64,000 bases of DNA from an uncultured Bacteroides sp. (GCA_944320295.1 CALUGY010000083.1:3430-67429); one strand, 5' to 3'. Positions 1-10,970 are shown, counted from the stretch's first letter. Program-made: numbers and translations. The notes: generated by a model not told the origin, from the letters alone.

Positions 1-2118
1 GATCATTCCAACTACTTCATCTTGTCCATCTTCGTCAAGTGCCATACCGCGTACTCCGGTTGCTGTACGCCCCATGACACGGACTGCGCTTTCATGGAAA
101 CGAATGGCACGGCCATTACGGTTTGCGATGATAATTTCGTTATTCCCATTCGTCATACGAACTTCGATAACGCTGTCATCTTCGCGGATGGTGATTGCAT
201 TTACTCCATTTTGGCGTGGGCGTGAATATTGTTCCAGCAATGTTTTCTTAATGATTCCTTTCTTCGTACAGAACAGTACATAATGGCTGTTAATGAACTC
301 TGTATCATTTAGATTCTTTACACGTAGGTAGGCATTGACAGTATCATCGCTATCTATATTCAGTAAGTTTTGAATAGCGCGTCCTTTGGAGTTTTTGGAT
401 CCTTCAGGAATCTCGTATACTTTAAGCCAATAGCACTTGCCTTTTTGTGTGAAGAACATCATGGTGTTGTGCATGGTGGCCGGATAGATGTGCTCCACAA
501 AGTCCTCGTCGCGGGTATCAGTTCCTTTCGAGCCAATTCCGCCACGATTTTGTGCCCGGAAGTCGCTCAACGGCGTGCGTTTGATGTATCCCATATGTGA
601 GATGGTGATAATCATTTCATCGTCGGCATAGAAGTCTTCCGGGTTGAACTCTTCGGAAGAATATACTATCTCGGAGCGGCGTGCATCGCCATATTTTGCT
701 TTGACTTCCAGCAATTCGTCCTTGATAATCTTGCGGCATAGGTCTTCGTTGGAAAGGACTTCTTCGTAATAAGATATTTGTTTTTGGATTTCCTCGTACT
801 CGGCATGGAGTTGGTCTTGCATCAGGCCAGTAAGTTGGCGCAAACGCATCTCGACAATGGCGCGTGCTTGGAGTTCGGACAGTTGGAAACGTTCCATCAG
901 ATTGGTCACTGCTTCGTTTGGAGTTTTGGCTGCACGGATGATGCGGATGACTTCGTCAATATTGTCGGAGGCAATGATCAAACCTTCCAGAATGTGGGCA
1001 CGCTCTTTGGCTTTGCGCAAATCGTATTGTGTGCGGCGTATCACTACCTCATGGCGATGTTCAATGAAGTATTTTATCAGGTCTTTCAAGTTCAACAAGC
1101 GCGGACGACCGTGTACCAAGGCCACATTGTTGACGCTGAACGAAGTCTGCAACATGGTCATTTTGTAGAGCTTGTTCAGTACTACGTTGGCATTGACATC
1201 ACGTTTGATATCGATTACGATACGCATGCCATCGCGGTCTGTTTCATCGTTGGCATTGGTGATTCCTTCTATCTTTTTTTCATTGGCCAGGTTAGCGATG
1301 TCTTTTATCAGCTCGGCCTTATTTACGCCATAGGGAATCTCAGTAACGATGATTTTGTCGTGCGTGTCGCCACTCTCTATTTCGGCCTTGGCACGTATCA
1401 CTACCCTGCCCCGGCCTGTAAGATATGCCTCGCGTACGCCGCTTATTCCGTAGATATATCCGCCTGTCGGGAAGTCTGGGGCTTTGATATATTCCATCAG
1501 CGTTTCGATGTCTATGTCGTTATTGTCCACGTAGGCCACGCAGGCATCTATCACTTCGGAGAGATTGTGTGTCGGCATGTTGGTAGCCATACCTACCGCG
1601 ATGCCCGATGCACCATTTATTAATAAATTAGGAATGCGCGTAGGCATTACTACAGGTTCCTGTAACGAACCGTCGAAGTTATCCTGCATGTCCACCGTTT
1701 CCTTGTCGATGTCCTGCATCATGTCTTCGCCGATTTTTTGCAGGCGGCATTCTGTGTAACGCATGGCAGCAGCATTATCACCATCCACCGAACCGTAGTT
1801 ACCTTGCCCGTCCACCAGGCAGTAGCGCATGGCCCAATCTTGCGCCATGCGTACCAAGGCGCCATATACGGAACTGTCACCATGAGGGTGGTATTTACCT
1901 AACACCTCACCTACGACTCTTGCAGATTTTTTATAAGGTTTGTCCGAGGTGTTCCCAAGCCCCATCATTCCGAAAAGTATTCTTCGGTGAACCGGCTTGA
2001 AGCCATCTCTTACATCAGGAAGAGCACGCGACACGATGACCGACATAGAGTAGTCAATGTACGACGACTTCATCTCCTCCTCAATGTTGATTTTTATAAT
2101 TCTGTCTTGTTCAAGCAT
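1..2118 (-). CDS. gyrA: DNA gyrase subunit A (3' end runs off the window)
   Basis: Reverse strand from ATG at 2118 reads [46 protein letters not shown]...GKYHPHGD...AAAMRYTE. Not in the ORF track because the stop lies outside the window. Confidence 0.96.
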   Translation of the reverse strand, partial: MLEQDRIIKINIEEEMKSSYIDYSMSVIVSRALPDVRDGFKPVHRRILFGMMGLGNTSDKPYKKSARVVGEVLGKYHPHGDSSVYGALVRMAQDWAMRYCLVDGQGNYGSVDGDNAAAMRYTECRLQKIGEDMMQDIDKETVDMQDNFDGSLQEPVVMPTRIPNLLINGASGIAVGMATNMPTHNLSEVIDACVAYVDNNDIDIETLMEYIKAPDFPTGGYIYGISGVREAYLTGRGRVVIRAKAEIESGDTHDKIIVTEIPYGVNKAELIKDIANLANEKKIEGITNANDETDRDGMRIVIDIKRDVNANVVLNKLYKMTMLQTSFSVNNVALVHGRPRLLNLKDLIKYFIEHRHEVVIRRTQYDLRKAKERAHILEGLIIASDNIDEVIRIIRAAKTPNEAVTNLMERFQLSELQARAIVEMRLRQLTGLMQDQLHAEYEEIQKQISYYEEVLSNEDLCRKIIKDELLEVKAKYGDARRSEIVYSSEEFNPEDFYADDEMIITISHMGYIKRTPLSDFRAQNRGGIGSKGTDTRDEDFVEHIYPATMHNTMMFFTQKGKCYWLKVYEIPEGSKNSKGRAIQNLLNIDSDDTVNAYLRVKNLNDTEFINSHYVLFCTKKGIIKKTLLEQYSRPRQNGVNAITIREDDSVIEVRMTNGNNEIIIANRNGRAIRFHESAVRVMGRTATGVRGMALDEDGQDEVVGMI

Positions 2119-2280
2119 TTACGAAAATATTAAATGAAAATATCGTTAGATTGACGAAAAAACATGCTAATGTACGGCTTTTTCGGGACATGCAAAAGCT
2201 TTTGCTTATAAACTTGCCTGTTTTTCTTCGTACTCCTACGGGCTTTTTTTAGGTATTCTGTATGCTCTTCTTCGGTTTAT

Positions 2281-2398
2281 GCCGTACCTTGATTGCTTAT
2301 CCACGGCCGTGGTTCGATATCCCCACCTTTGTGGGACGATATTTCCACCCAGGTGGTTCGATCGACCCACGGCCGTGGGTATGTAATAAAGGTGCGAC
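2281..2398. repeat. 22-bp-period palindromic array, family C (CCAC-N4-GTGG-ttcgatat), 4 units
   Basis: CCAC..GTGG units start at 2301, 2323, 2345 and 2367, with imperfect inverted flanks. Near-identical array at 56332-56409. Confidence 0.9.
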
Positions 2399-2488
2399 TT
2401 ATAGCGAATGAATGCCGTATTTTTCCTGAGCACCATACGTACTTTCCTCACGACGTCGATACACCTCAGCGGCTAAATATGTCAAATA

Positions 2489-2503
2489 TGGCATAGGATT
2501 TGT
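2489..2503 (+). promoter_or_regulatory. putative sigma54 (-24/-12) promoter of clpC
   Basis: TGGCA-TAGGAT-TTGT, one mismatch to TGGCA-N6-TTGC, ~90 bp upstream of the start. Confidence 0.55.
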
Positions 2504-2590
2504 TATAATAATCGGAGTTGAGAGTGCTAATAAGATTAAATAAGCTAAATTTGCACCATAATAATTAAAGTATTATAGGACTTGAACATG

Positions 2591-5113
2591 ATGAACAACC
2601 AATTTTCGCAAAAGTTTTCGGAAGTCGTTTCTTTCAGCAAAGAAGAGGCATATCGTTTGCAGAATGCTACGATTTGTCCTGAACACCTGCTGTTGGCCAT
2701 ATTGCGCGAGGAAGGGGGAAAGGCTTTTGAAATACTGGTGAAACTCGATGTTGACACGCATCAACTCAAAAGGGATTTGGAGTACCGCTTGTTGGGTATG
2801 AGAAGTGGGACCCAGCCACAAGAAAGTGACATCCCCTTTGCGGAAAATACGACTAAGATATTAAAGATATGTATGCTTGAGGCACGCTTGTTGAAAAGTA
2901 CTGTTGTTGGTACCGAACATTTGTTGCTGGCCATATTGAAGGAGGACGACAACGAAGCGGCTTTCGCTTTGAAAGATTGCGAGGTGCATTATCAGGACGT
3001 ATTCAAGCAATTGTCCGTGAAGTCGGCCAATCCAAAGGCTGGTATGGGAATACCCGATGAGGAAGATGAAGAGGATGCACCATATTATTCGTCGCGAAAC
3101 GAAGGTGATACTCCCGCAGCTTCTTCAGTACAGACCAAACCGTCCAAGTCGTCGAACGATACTCCGGTGCTTGACAATTTTGGTATAGACATGACACGTG
3201 CCGCGGCCGAAGGTAAATTTGATCCGGTGGTAGGTCGCGAACGTGAAATAGAGCGTGTAGCACAGATATTGAGCCGTCGAAAGAAAAATAATCCGGTATT
3301 GATCGGGGAACCTGGTGTCGGGAAATCTGCTATCGTCGAAGGATTGGCATTGCGCATTGTGGAAAAGAGGGTGTCGCGCATTTTGTTCGGTAAACGGGTC
3401 GTAATGCTTGACATGGCCTCTGTTGTAGCTGGGACCAAATATCGCGGCCAGTTTGAAGAACGTATAAACTCAATCTTGCGAGAATTGAGAGAAAATCCGG
3501 ACATCATCCTGTTTATTGACGAATTGCATACTATTGTTGGTGCTGGAGCTGCCGCCGGCTCCATGGATGCGGCCAACATGTTGAAGCCGGCTTTGGCCCG
3601 TGGGGAAATACAATGTATAGGTGCCACTACGCTCGACGAGTACCGTAAAAACATAGAAAAGGATGGTGCTTTGGACCGCCGCTTTCAGAAGATCATCGTG
3701 GAGCCGGCCACGGCTGATGAAACGCTTCAGATATTGAAGAACATTAAGTCAAAGTATGAAGACCATCATAACGTGAGCTATACCGATGATTCCTTGTTGG
3801 CATGCGTCAGCTTAGCCGAGCGTTATATCACCGATCGCAACTTTCCAGACAAAGCCATCGATGTGTTGGACGAAGTGGGGTCTCGTGTGCATTTGTCCAA
3901 TGTCAATGTCCCTAAGGAAATAGAAGAACAGGAGAAATTGATAGAAAATGCGCGTGATCAGAAGTCTTTGGCTGTGAAGTCGCAAAATTTCGAGTTGGCT
4001 GCAAGTTATCGTGATAAGGAAAAAGAACTGTCTTCCAGTCTGGAAAAGATGAAATCGGAATGGGAATCTCGTCTGAAAGATCACCGGCAAGTCGTGACGG
4101 AGGATGATGTGGCAAATGTCGTGTCCATGATGTCCGGCATTCCGGTACAACGTATGGCACAAGCCGAGAGTGTCAAATTGGCAGGAATGAAAGAAACCTT
4201 GCAGTCGCAAGTGATAGCGCAAGACGTGGCCATTGAAAAGCTGGTGAAAGCCATATTACGTAGCCGCGTTGGATTGAAAGATCCCAACCGTCCTATCGGT
4301 TCGTTCCTTTTCCTTGGTCCTACTGGAGTAGGTAAAACCCATTTGGCAAAAATGCTTGCTACATACATGTTTGGTTCACCCGACGCGTTGATACGTATAG
4401 ATATGAGTGAGTATATGGAGAAATATACTGTGTCACGAATGATTGGTGCTGCTCCTGGATATGTGGGTTATGAAGAAGGAGGGCAGTTGACTGAAAAGGT
4501 GCGTCGTAAGCCCTACTCTATTGTCTTGTTGGATGAGATAGAGAAAGCCCATTCGGATGTGTACAATATTTTGCTTCAAATACTTGATGAAGGCCGCTTG
4601 ACCGATAATTATGGCCGTACCATAGACTTTAAGAATACCATAATTATCATGACGTCAAACATCGGCACACGTCAACTGAAAGATTTCGGGCGGGGTATTG
4701 GCTTCTCAGCTCAAAATCGTGCGGACGACAAGGAATATTCGCGTGGAGTGATTCAAAAAGCCTTGAATAAGACCTTCTCCCCCGAATTCTTGAACCGCTT
4801 GGACGAAATTATAACATTCGACCAACTTGCATTGAACGATATAGTACAAATCATAGACATAGAGCTGGCTGGTATTATCAAACGCGTGGAAAGCATTGGC
4901 TATGCCATCACCGTGGAAGACAGGGCAAAAGAATTTCTTGCACAAAAAGGATTTGATGCCCAATATGGTGCCCGCCCCTTGAAGCGTGCCATCCAGAACT
5001 ATCTGGAAGACTCGCTCGCGGAACTTATCGTATCGCAAACCATCCATCCCGGCGATTCAATAAACGTGTCTGTAAACAAAGAAAAGGACTGTCTGGATAT
5101 AAAGAAGGCATAA
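2591..5113 (+). CDS. clpC: ATP-dependent Clp protease ATP-binding subunit ClpC
   Basis: Two Clp-N repeats, two AAA+ domains ([16 protein letters not shown]), short UVR-like middle domain. Start set at MNNQFS; ATG 2588 is an alternative. Confidence 0.93.
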   Translation: MNNQFSQKFSEVVSFSKEEAYRLQNATICPEHLLLAILREEGGKAFEILVKLDVDTHQLKRDLEYRLLGMRSGTQPQESDIPFAENTTKILKICMLEARLLKSTVVGTEHLLLAILKEDDNEAAFALKDCEVHYQDVFKQLSVKSANPKAGMGIPDEEDEEDAPYYSSRNEGDTPAASSVQTKPSKSSNDTPVLDNFGIDMTRAAAEGKFDPVVGREREIERVAQILSRRKKNNPVLIGEPGVGKSAIVEGLALRIVEKRVSRILFGKRVVMLDMASVVAGTKYRGQFEERINSILRELRENPDIILFIDELHTIVGAGAAAGSMDAANMLKPALARGEIQCIGATTLDEYRKNIEKDGALDRRFQKIIVEPATADETLQILKNIKSKYEDHHNVSYTDDSLLACVSLAERYITDRNFPDKAIDVLDEVGSRVHLSNVNVPKEIEEQEKLIENARDQKSLAVKSQNFELAASYRDKEKELSSSLEKMKSEWESRLKDHRQVVTEDDVANVVSMMSGIPVQRMAQAESVKLAGMKETLQSQVIAQDVAIEKLVKAILRSRVGLKDPNRPIGSFLFLGPTGVGKTHLAKMLATYMFGSPDALIRIDMSEYMEKYTVSRMIGAAPGYVGYEEGGQLTEKVRRKPYSIVLLDEIEKAHSDVYNILLQILDEGRLTDNYGRTIDFKNTIIIMTSNIGTRQLKDFGRGIGFSAQNRADDKEYSRGVIQKALNKTFSPEFLNRLDEIITFDQLALNDIVQIIDIELAGIIKRVESIGYAITVEDRAKEFLAQKGFDAQYGARPLKRAIQNYLEDSLAELIVSQTIHPGDSINVSVNKEKDCLDIKKA

Positions 5114-5155
5114 CTATATATTATTATACGGTCAAAATGTCAGCCCTAATATGGC

Positions 5156-5170
5156 TGGCATTTTTTTTGC
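5156..5170 (+). promoter_or_regulatory. putative sigma54 (-24/-12) promoter of htpG
   Basis: Exact TGGCA-N6-TTGC ending 35 bp upstream of the ATG. Confidence 0.65.
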
Positions 5171-5205
5171 CCAGTTTTTTCACAAAACAATTAATGATAT
5201 AAACT

Positions 5206-7257
5206 ATGGTACAAAAAGGTAACATTGGGGTAACTACCGAGAATATATTCCCCGTCATTAAAAAGTTCTTATATAGCGATCATGAGATATTTCTCCGTGA
5301 ATTAGTGTCGAATGCCGTAGATGCCACTCAAAAGTTGAAAACGTTGGCTTCTATGGGTGAATTCAAATCAGAATTGGGTGATTTGACCATTCATATTTCT
5401 GTAAACAAGGATACGATTACCGTATCCGATAGAGGAATTGGCCTTACTGATGAGGAGATTAACAAGTATATCAATCAGATTGCTTTTTCTGGTGCGAACG
5501 ACTTCCTTGAGAAGTATAAAAATGATGCCAATGCCATCATCGGACATTTCGGCTTGGGATTCTATTCGGCCTTCATGGTTGCCAAGAAAGTGGAAATTGT
5601 TACCAAGTCATACAAAGAAGGTGCGCAAGCCGTGAAATGGACGTGCGACGGAAACCCTGAGTTTACTATTGAAAATGCGGAGAAAGAGGATCGTGGTACG
5701 GATATTATCCTTTATATAGATGATGATTGCAAGGAATTCTTGGAAGAATCCCGTATCTCTTCTTTGCTGAAAAAATATTGTAGCTTCTTGCCTATACCTG
5801 TGGCATTTGGTAAGAAAAAAGAGTGGAAGGATGGCAAGCAGGTTGAAACGACTGAAGACAATGTAATCAACACTACGACTCCGATATGGACACGTAAACC
5901 GAGCGAGTTGAAAGATGAAGATTATAAGAACTTCTACCGTGAACTTTATCCTATGTCAGATGAGCCCCTATTCTGGATTCATTTGAATGTGGACTATCCA
6001 TTCCACCTTACGGGAGTTTTGTATTTCCCGAAAGTAAAAAGCAATATAGAGCTTAACAAGAATAAGATACAATTATATTGTAATCAAGTATATGTTACGG
6101 ATTCTGTAGAAGGTATTGTTCCTGATTTTCTAACTTTGTTACATGGGGTACTTGATTCTCCCGACATCCCACTAAATGTATCGCGTTCTTACTTACAAAG
6201 CGATTCGAATGTGAAGAAGATTTCCACCTATATTACTAAAAAAGTATCAGATCGCTTGCAATCCATCTTCAAAAATGATCGTAAGCAGTTTGAAGAGAAA
6301 TGGAATGATCTGAAAATCTTTATCAATTACGGAATGTTGACCCAAGAAGACTTCTATGATAGGGCCAAAGATTTTGCATTGTTTATCGATACAGATAAGA
6401 AATATTATACGTTTGAGGAATATAAGACGTTGATCAAGGGTGAACAGACAGACAAGGATGGAAATCTGATTTATTTATACGCTAACAATAAAGATGAGCA
6501 ATATAGCTATATCGAGGCAGCCAAAAACAAAGGTTATAACGTGTTGTTGATGGACGGGCAGTTGGATGTGGCTGTAGTTGGCATGTTAGAACAGAAATTC
6601 GACAAGGTGCGCTTCACTCGTGTGGATAGTGATGTCGTAGATAATCTGATAGTCAAGGACAATAAGTCGGCAAATACACTACAAGCAGAGCAACAAGAGG
6701 TACTTGCAGTGATGTTCAAAAGTCAATTGCCGAATATTGAGAAGGCCGAATTTCATGTTACAACACAAGCATTGGGCACTACTGCATTCCCAGTCATGAT
6801 TACACAGAGCGAATATATGCGGCGTATGAAAGAAATGGCTAATATTCAGGCGGGAATGGGCTTTTATGGGGAGATGCCGGACATGTTCAATCTGGTGCTG
6901 AACTCTGATCATAAACTAATCAAAGAAGTGTTGGATGTTGAAGAGAAAGCTTGTGGAGAATCAATTGCTACTATTCGAAAAGAGATGGAAGGCATCAATA
7001 TGCAACGTGATTCTTTGAAGAAAGTCCAAGAAGGAAAGAAACCGGAGGATATTTCGGCTACAGAAAAAGAGCAATTGCACGAGCTTGATGGAAAATTGGA
7101 TGATTTGAAGAAACAGAAAGATTCTCTTTTGGTAGAACAGGCCTCTCAAAATAAAACCGTTCATCAACTGATTGATTTAGCCCTTCTTCAGAATGGCATG
7201 CTTAAAGGTGAATCATTGAATAATTTCATCAAAAGGAGCATTGATTTGATCGGCTAA
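5206..7257 (+). CDS. htpG: molecular chaperone HtpG (Hsp90)
   Basis: YSDHEIFLRELVSNAVDA, IGHFGLGFYSAF and IPLNVSRSYLQ Hsp90 motifs. Confidence 0.97.
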   Translation: MVQKGNIGVTTENIFPVIKKFLYSDHEIFLRELVSNAVDATQKLKTLASMGEFKSELGDLTIHISVNKDTITVSDRGIGLTDEEINKYINQIAFSGANDFLEKYKNDANAIIGHFGLGFYSAFMVAKKVEIVTKSYKEGAQAVKWTCDGNPEFTIENAEKEDRGTDIILYIDDDCKEFLEESRISSLLKKYCSFLPIPVAFGKKKEWKDGKQVETTEDNVINTTTPIWTRKPSELKDEDYKNFYRELYPMSDEPLFWIHLNVDYPFHLTGVLYFPKVKSNIELNKNKIQLYCNQVYVTDSVEGIVPDFLTLLHGVLDSPDIPLNVSRSYLQSDSNVKKISTYITKKVSDRLQSIFKNDRKQFEEKWNDLKIFINYGMLTQEDFYDRAKDFALFIDTDKKYYTFEEYKTLIKGEQTDKDGNLIYLYANNKDEQYSYIEAAKNKGYNVLLMDGQLDVAVVGMLEQKFDKVRFTRVDSDVVDNLIVKDNKSANTLQAEQQEVLAVMFKSQLPNIEKAEFHVTTQALGTTAFPVMITQSEYMRRMKEMANIQAGMGFYGEMPDMFNLVLNSDHKLIKEVLDVEEKACGESIATIRKEMEGINMQRDSLKKVQEGKKPEDISATEKEQLHELDGKLDDLKKQKDSLLVEQASQNKTVHQLIDLALLQNGMLKGESLNNFIKRSIDLIG

Positions 7258-7281
7258 AGGAACAAATAGTAACTGAATATT

Positions 7282-7334
7282 AGGAAGTGGCATTATGGTC
7301 TTTATTTAAAAGATTATGGTGTCACTTCTTTTTT
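7282..7334 (+). terminator. intrinsic terminator after htpG
   Basis: aggaagtggca...tgtcacttct stem followed by a T run. Confidence 0.7.
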
Positions 7335-7432
7335 GTATTTAAACTATTTTGAAGAAAAGGTAGAACTATATCGAAACAAATACCTATCTTTGGACCTGAA
7401 TCAAAATCCTATACTTAGCATTCTGGTTAACC

Positions 7433-9739
7433 ATGAAGAGGAGTCTTTTGTTTCTAATTGTGTTATATTTCTGCTCTGCTTCTGTACTACGAGCGCAGAA
7501 AGTAGGACTTGTGCTTAGCGGCGGCGGTGCAAAGGGCATGACTCATATTGGAATTATTCGTGCTTTAGAAGAAAATGACATTCCCATTGATTATATTGCA
7601 GGGACATCGATGGGGGCTATCATAGGTTCTCTTTATGCCATGGGATATTCACCGGATGACATGGAAGCTTTGGTGGGTTCTCCTGAATTCAAAAGTTGGT
7701 ATACTGGAACAATAGAGCCGGAATATCAGTATTATTTCAAAAGGAATCGGCAAACACCGGAGTTCTTTAATATACATTTTTCTTTTAAGAAAGACTCGTT
7801 GCGGCGTGTAAAGCCGCAATTTCTGCCAACAAGTATGGTGAACCCTGTACAGATGAATGTGGTATTTGTTGAATTGTTCGCGCAGGCTACGGCGGCTTCC
7901 GGTGGTAATTTCAATAACTTGTTTATCCCATTTCGTTGTGTAGCATCCGATGTCTATAATAAGAAGGCTTTAATTATGCGGGATGGAGATCTTGGAGATG
8001 CCGTACGTGCTTCCATGAGTTTTCCGTTTGTGTTTAGCCCTATCGAAGTGGATAGTGTGCTGGCTTATGATGGAGGTATATATAATAACTTCCCGACAGA
8101 CGTGATGCGTGAAGATTTCCAACCGGATGTCATTATCGGTAGTGTGGTTGCTGCTAATCCCGGGAAACCCAAAGAAAACAATTTGATGAGCCAATTGGAA
8201 AATATGATCATGCAAAAAACGGATTATTCAATTCCAGATAGCCTTGGCTTGGTCATGAGTTTCAAATATAATGATGTCAGTTTATTGGATTTTGATAGGT
8301 TAAAAGAGTTACACGACATTGGCTATAATAGGACAATGAGTATGATGGATTCCATTAAGGCTCGAATTCATCGTAGAGTAGATCATGAAGATATACAGTT
8401 GAAACGTAAGATCTATCGTGAAAATCTACCGCAGTTCCGTTTTCGTGATATTTATGTGAATGGCGCCAACGAACAGCAACAGATTTATATCAAAAAGGAA
8501 TTTCACACCGATGATGATGAAATCTTTACTTATGAGGATTTAAAGCGGGGATATTTCCGTTTGTTGGCAGATAATATGATATCAGAAATCATCCCCCATG
8601 CCGTTTACAATGAGGAGGAACGTCTGTTCGAGCTACATTTGAATGTAAAAATGGGTGATGATTTTTCCATACGAGTAGGTGGAAGTGTCTCTACCAGTAG
8701 TTCTAATCAAATTTATTTAGGATTAGGGTATCAGAATCTTAATACTTATTCCAAAGAAATCTTGTTTGACGGGCAATTGGGTAAGATATACAACAATGCC
8801 CAGCTGATGGTGAAATTTGATTTACCCACTCGTATTCCTGTTTCTTACCGTTTTATCGCTTCTTTTAGTACGTTCGACTATTATCGTAAAGACAAATTGT
8901 TTTCAAAAAATGACAGGCCATCGTTTAATTCAAAGAAAGAACAATTTGCAAAGTTCATGGTGGCATTGCCATTTTTGACTAATCGGCGTGCAGAATTCGG
9001 TATAGGCTATGGCAAATTGACAGATTACTACTATCAGTCGAATGTGATAGATTTTGATAACGACCGTTCGGATGAAAGTTATTATAATCTGTTCAGCGGC
9101 TCCATAGGTTTTTATGGGAGTACATTAAATGCAAGACAATATGCAACGAAAGGATATCATGAAAGATTGATAGCGCAGATTTTCAGAGGAAAAGAATTCT
9201 TTATACCAGGTAATCCGACGGCTGAGAAGGTTACATCCGATAAAAGCCAGTCGTGGTTGCAAATATCCTATATTAAAGAAGCATATCATCAAATGAGTCC
9301 TAAATTTACATTGGGATGGATGGCGGAAGCCTTGTATTCATCGAAAAATTTTTCGGAAAACTATACTGCGACGATGATGCAAGCAGGAGAATTTGCACCA
9401 ACTCCTCATAGCAAACTGATGTATAATGCCGCATTCCGTGCTAATCAATTCGTTGCAGCTGGCATAAAACCTATTTATGTGATAAATGATTTATTCCAAT
9501 TAAGGACTGAATTTTATGGCTTTTTGCCCATTTATCCGATAGAAAGAGGAGACTTTGATAAAGCATATTACGGAAAGGCATTCTCAAAGTTCGAATATTT
9601 GGGAGAAGTTTCTGTGGTTTGCCAGTTGCCTTTCGGGGCTATATCCGCGTATGTAAATCATTACAGTTCACCTAAAAAGGAATGGAACGTGGGACTGACC
9701 ATCGGTTGGCAGTTGTTTAATTATCGTTTTATAGAGTAA
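7433..9739 (+). CDS. patatin-like phospholipase with signal peptide and probable C-terminal beta-barrel (PlpD-like)
   Basis: Signal peptide; LSGGGAKG, GTSMG (GxSxG) and DGG motifs; aromatic beta-strand-rich C-terminus. Confidence 0.88.
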   Translation: MKRSLLFLIVLYFCSASVLRAQKVGLVLSGGGAKGMTHIGIIRALEENDIPIDYIAGTSMGAIIGSLYAMGYSPDDMEALVGSPEFKSWYTGTIEPEYQYYFKRNRQTPEFFNIHFSFKKDSLRRVKPQFLPTSMVNPVQMNVVFVELFAQATAASGGNFNNLFIPFRCVASDVYNKKALIMRDGDLGDAVRASMSFPFVFSPIEVDSVLAYDGGIYNNFPTDVMREDFQPDVIIGSVVAANPGKPKENNLMSQLENMIMQKTDYSIPDSLGLVMSFKYNDVSLLDFDRLKELHDIGYNRTMSMMDSIKARIHRRVDHEDIQLKRKIYRENLPQFRFRDIYVNGANEQQQIYIKKEFHTDDDEIFTYEDLKRGYFRLLADNMISEIIPHAVYNEEERLFELHLNVKMGDDFSIRVGGSVSTSSSNQIYLGLGYQNLNTYSKEILFDGQLGKIYNNAQLMVKFDLPTRIPVSYRFIASFSTFDYYRKDKLFSKNDRPSFNSKKEQFAKFMVALPFLTNRRAEFGIGYGKLTDYYYQSNVIDFDNDRSDESYYNLFSGSIGFYGSTLNARQYATKGYHERLIAQIFRGKEFFIPGNPTAEKVTSDKSQSWLQISYIKEAYHQMSPKFTLGWMAEALYSSKNFSENYTATMMQAGEFAPTPHSKLMYNAAFRANQFVAAGIKPIYVINDLFQLRTEFYGFLPIYPIERGDFDKAYYGKAFSKFEYLGEVSVVCQLPFGAISAYVNHYSSPKKEWNVGLTIGWQLFNYRFIE

Positions 9740-9788
9740 CTTTCTTATAATTTCCCTACTAATTGTTTGTTATTTCAGAAAGAATGCC

Positions 9789-9796
9789 TAACTTTG
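9789..9796 (+). promoter_or_regulatory. Bacteroidetes primary-sigma -7 element for the tRNA pair
   Basis: TAACTTTG matches TAnnTTTG, with a TTTG upstream. Confidence 0.7.
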
Positions 9797-9813
9797 CACC
9801 CGTTAAAAATGAT

Positions 9814-9887
9814 GGCTCCTTAGCTCAATTGAATAGAGCATTTGACTACGGATCAAAAGGTTACAGGTTTGAATCCTGTAGGAGTCA
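9814..9887 (+). tRNA. tRNA-Arg(ACG)
   Basis: Acceptor stem ggctcct/aggagtc, anticodon arm ttga-ctACGga-tcaa, T arm acagg-tttgaat-cctgt. Confidence 0.95.
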
Positions 9888-9893
9888 CAAAAG

Positions 9894-9967
9894 GGTCGCG
9901 TAGCTCAATTGAATAGAGTAGCTGACTACGGATCAGCCGGTTACAGGTTTGAATCCTGTCGCGATCA
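9894..9967 (+). tRNA. tRNA-Arg(ACG)
   Basis: Acceptor stem ggtcgcg/cgcgatc, anticodon arm gctga-ctACGga-tcagc. Confidence 0.95.
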
Positions 9968-9971
9968 CTCT

Positions 9972-10007
9972 AAGAGGGAAGATTCCATTGGAATCTTCCC
10001 TCTTTTT
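9972..10007 (+). terminator. terminator after the tRNA pair
   Basis: aagagggaagattcca/tggaatcttccctctt stem plus T run. Confidence 0.85.
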
Positions 10008-10057
10008 GTTTAGAGAAAGTTTTGTGCCTGCTATTCGTGCATTGGGCATAACACATC

Positions 10058-10137
10058 CTAAAAGCCATCTTTAGACTTCTAAAGTCCATAGTTAGCATCG
10101 TAAAAATGGACTTTAGCAGACTAAACATCCTTTTTAA
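10058..10137. repeat. degenerate 21-bp-period palindromic array, family E (CTAAA-N7-TTTAG), 4 units
   Basis: Units start at 10058, 10079, 10100 and 10121. Confidence 0.65.
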
Positions 10138-10166
10138 TTATAAAGGAACGGAACATGTTCCGTTCC

Positions 10167-10970
10167 TTACTCAAATTCGTACAATTCCGAAGGTGTCGTA
10201 CGTTTCAAAGCGCATAGTTGCACGTCTCTTCCTACCCCAATGCCTCGTTCATTTAGTTTAAGTTCCACCTCTTTATAAGCCAATTCCGGATGATTGTTGT
10301 CTTTGCTTAAATGACACAACCAGATGTAATATAAATGCTTGGAAAAGTTTTCCGCCAAGAAATTTGCGGCTTCGGAGTTACACAAATGTCCGTTCGGGCC
10401 GGCAATTCGTTCTTTCAGATGGAATGGATATGGTCCGGTCTGAAGCATTTCTTTGTCATAATTAGCTTCTAATATCAGGTAATTTGCTTTCCTGATATAT
10501 TGGGCTGCTGTTGAGGTGATTTCGCCTAAGTCTGTCAGGAATGCGAATGTCTTTCCTCCTATCTCTATAAAATATCCGGCATTGTCCGTGCCATCATGAG
10601 GCACTTCGAACGATTCAATCTTGAAGTCTGCCAATTGCATGGGTTGCCCTTTTTCAAGAAAACGTACTGATGTCGTAAGTTTTTCCCTCATACAGTAATT
10701 ACGGTTGATTCCTGCGTGAGTCCGGGCTGTAGCATAGATGGGAATATGCAGCTTTTCCCCCAAGCCGGCAGCTCCCTTTATATGATCGGCATGGTCGTGT
10801 GTAATAAACACGGCCCTGATGCTTTCTATGTCTATACCTACTTCTTTTAAATATTTCTTTATTGTGCGTGTGGCTATGCCGGCATCTATTAATATACCAT
10901 ATGTTTCGGTACCAAGATAATAACAATTCCCGCTGCTTCCGCTGGCGAGGCTCATGAATCTGACTTTCAT
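10167..10970 (-). CDS. MBL-fold metallo-hydrolase (YycJ/WalJ-like)
   Basis: SLASGSSGN, THDHADH (HxHxDH), LEANYD and HLSKDNN motifs. Start moved to MKVRF. Confidence 0.9.
   Translation of the reverse strand: MKVRFMSLASGSSGNCYYLGTETYGILIDAGIATRTIKKYLKEVGIDIESIRAVFITHDHADHIKGAAGLGEKLHIPIYATARTHAGINRNYCMREKLTTSVRFLEKGQPMQLADFKIESFEVPHDGTDNAGYFIEIGGKTFAFLTDLGEITSTAAQYIRKANYLILEANYDKEMLQTGPYPFHLKERIAGPNGHLCNSEAANFLAENFSKHLYYIWLCHLSKDNNHPELAYKEVELKLNERGIGVGRDVQLCALKRTTPSELYEFE

Noticed and set aside
778-1623. Long ORFs antisense to real genes (e.g. 778..1623, 47327..48112, 48323..49390, 58173..59348, 59871..60758, 62078..62884)
   Set aside because: Shadow frames opposite gyrA, ppdK, the oxidoreductase and lipoprotein genes, with no recognisable motifs.
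2236-2451. Small ORFs 2236..2451 and 56120..56461 sharing RxWGYRTTAVxKQ
   Set aside because: The similarity is simply translation of the family C DNA repeat, with no sign of real coding.
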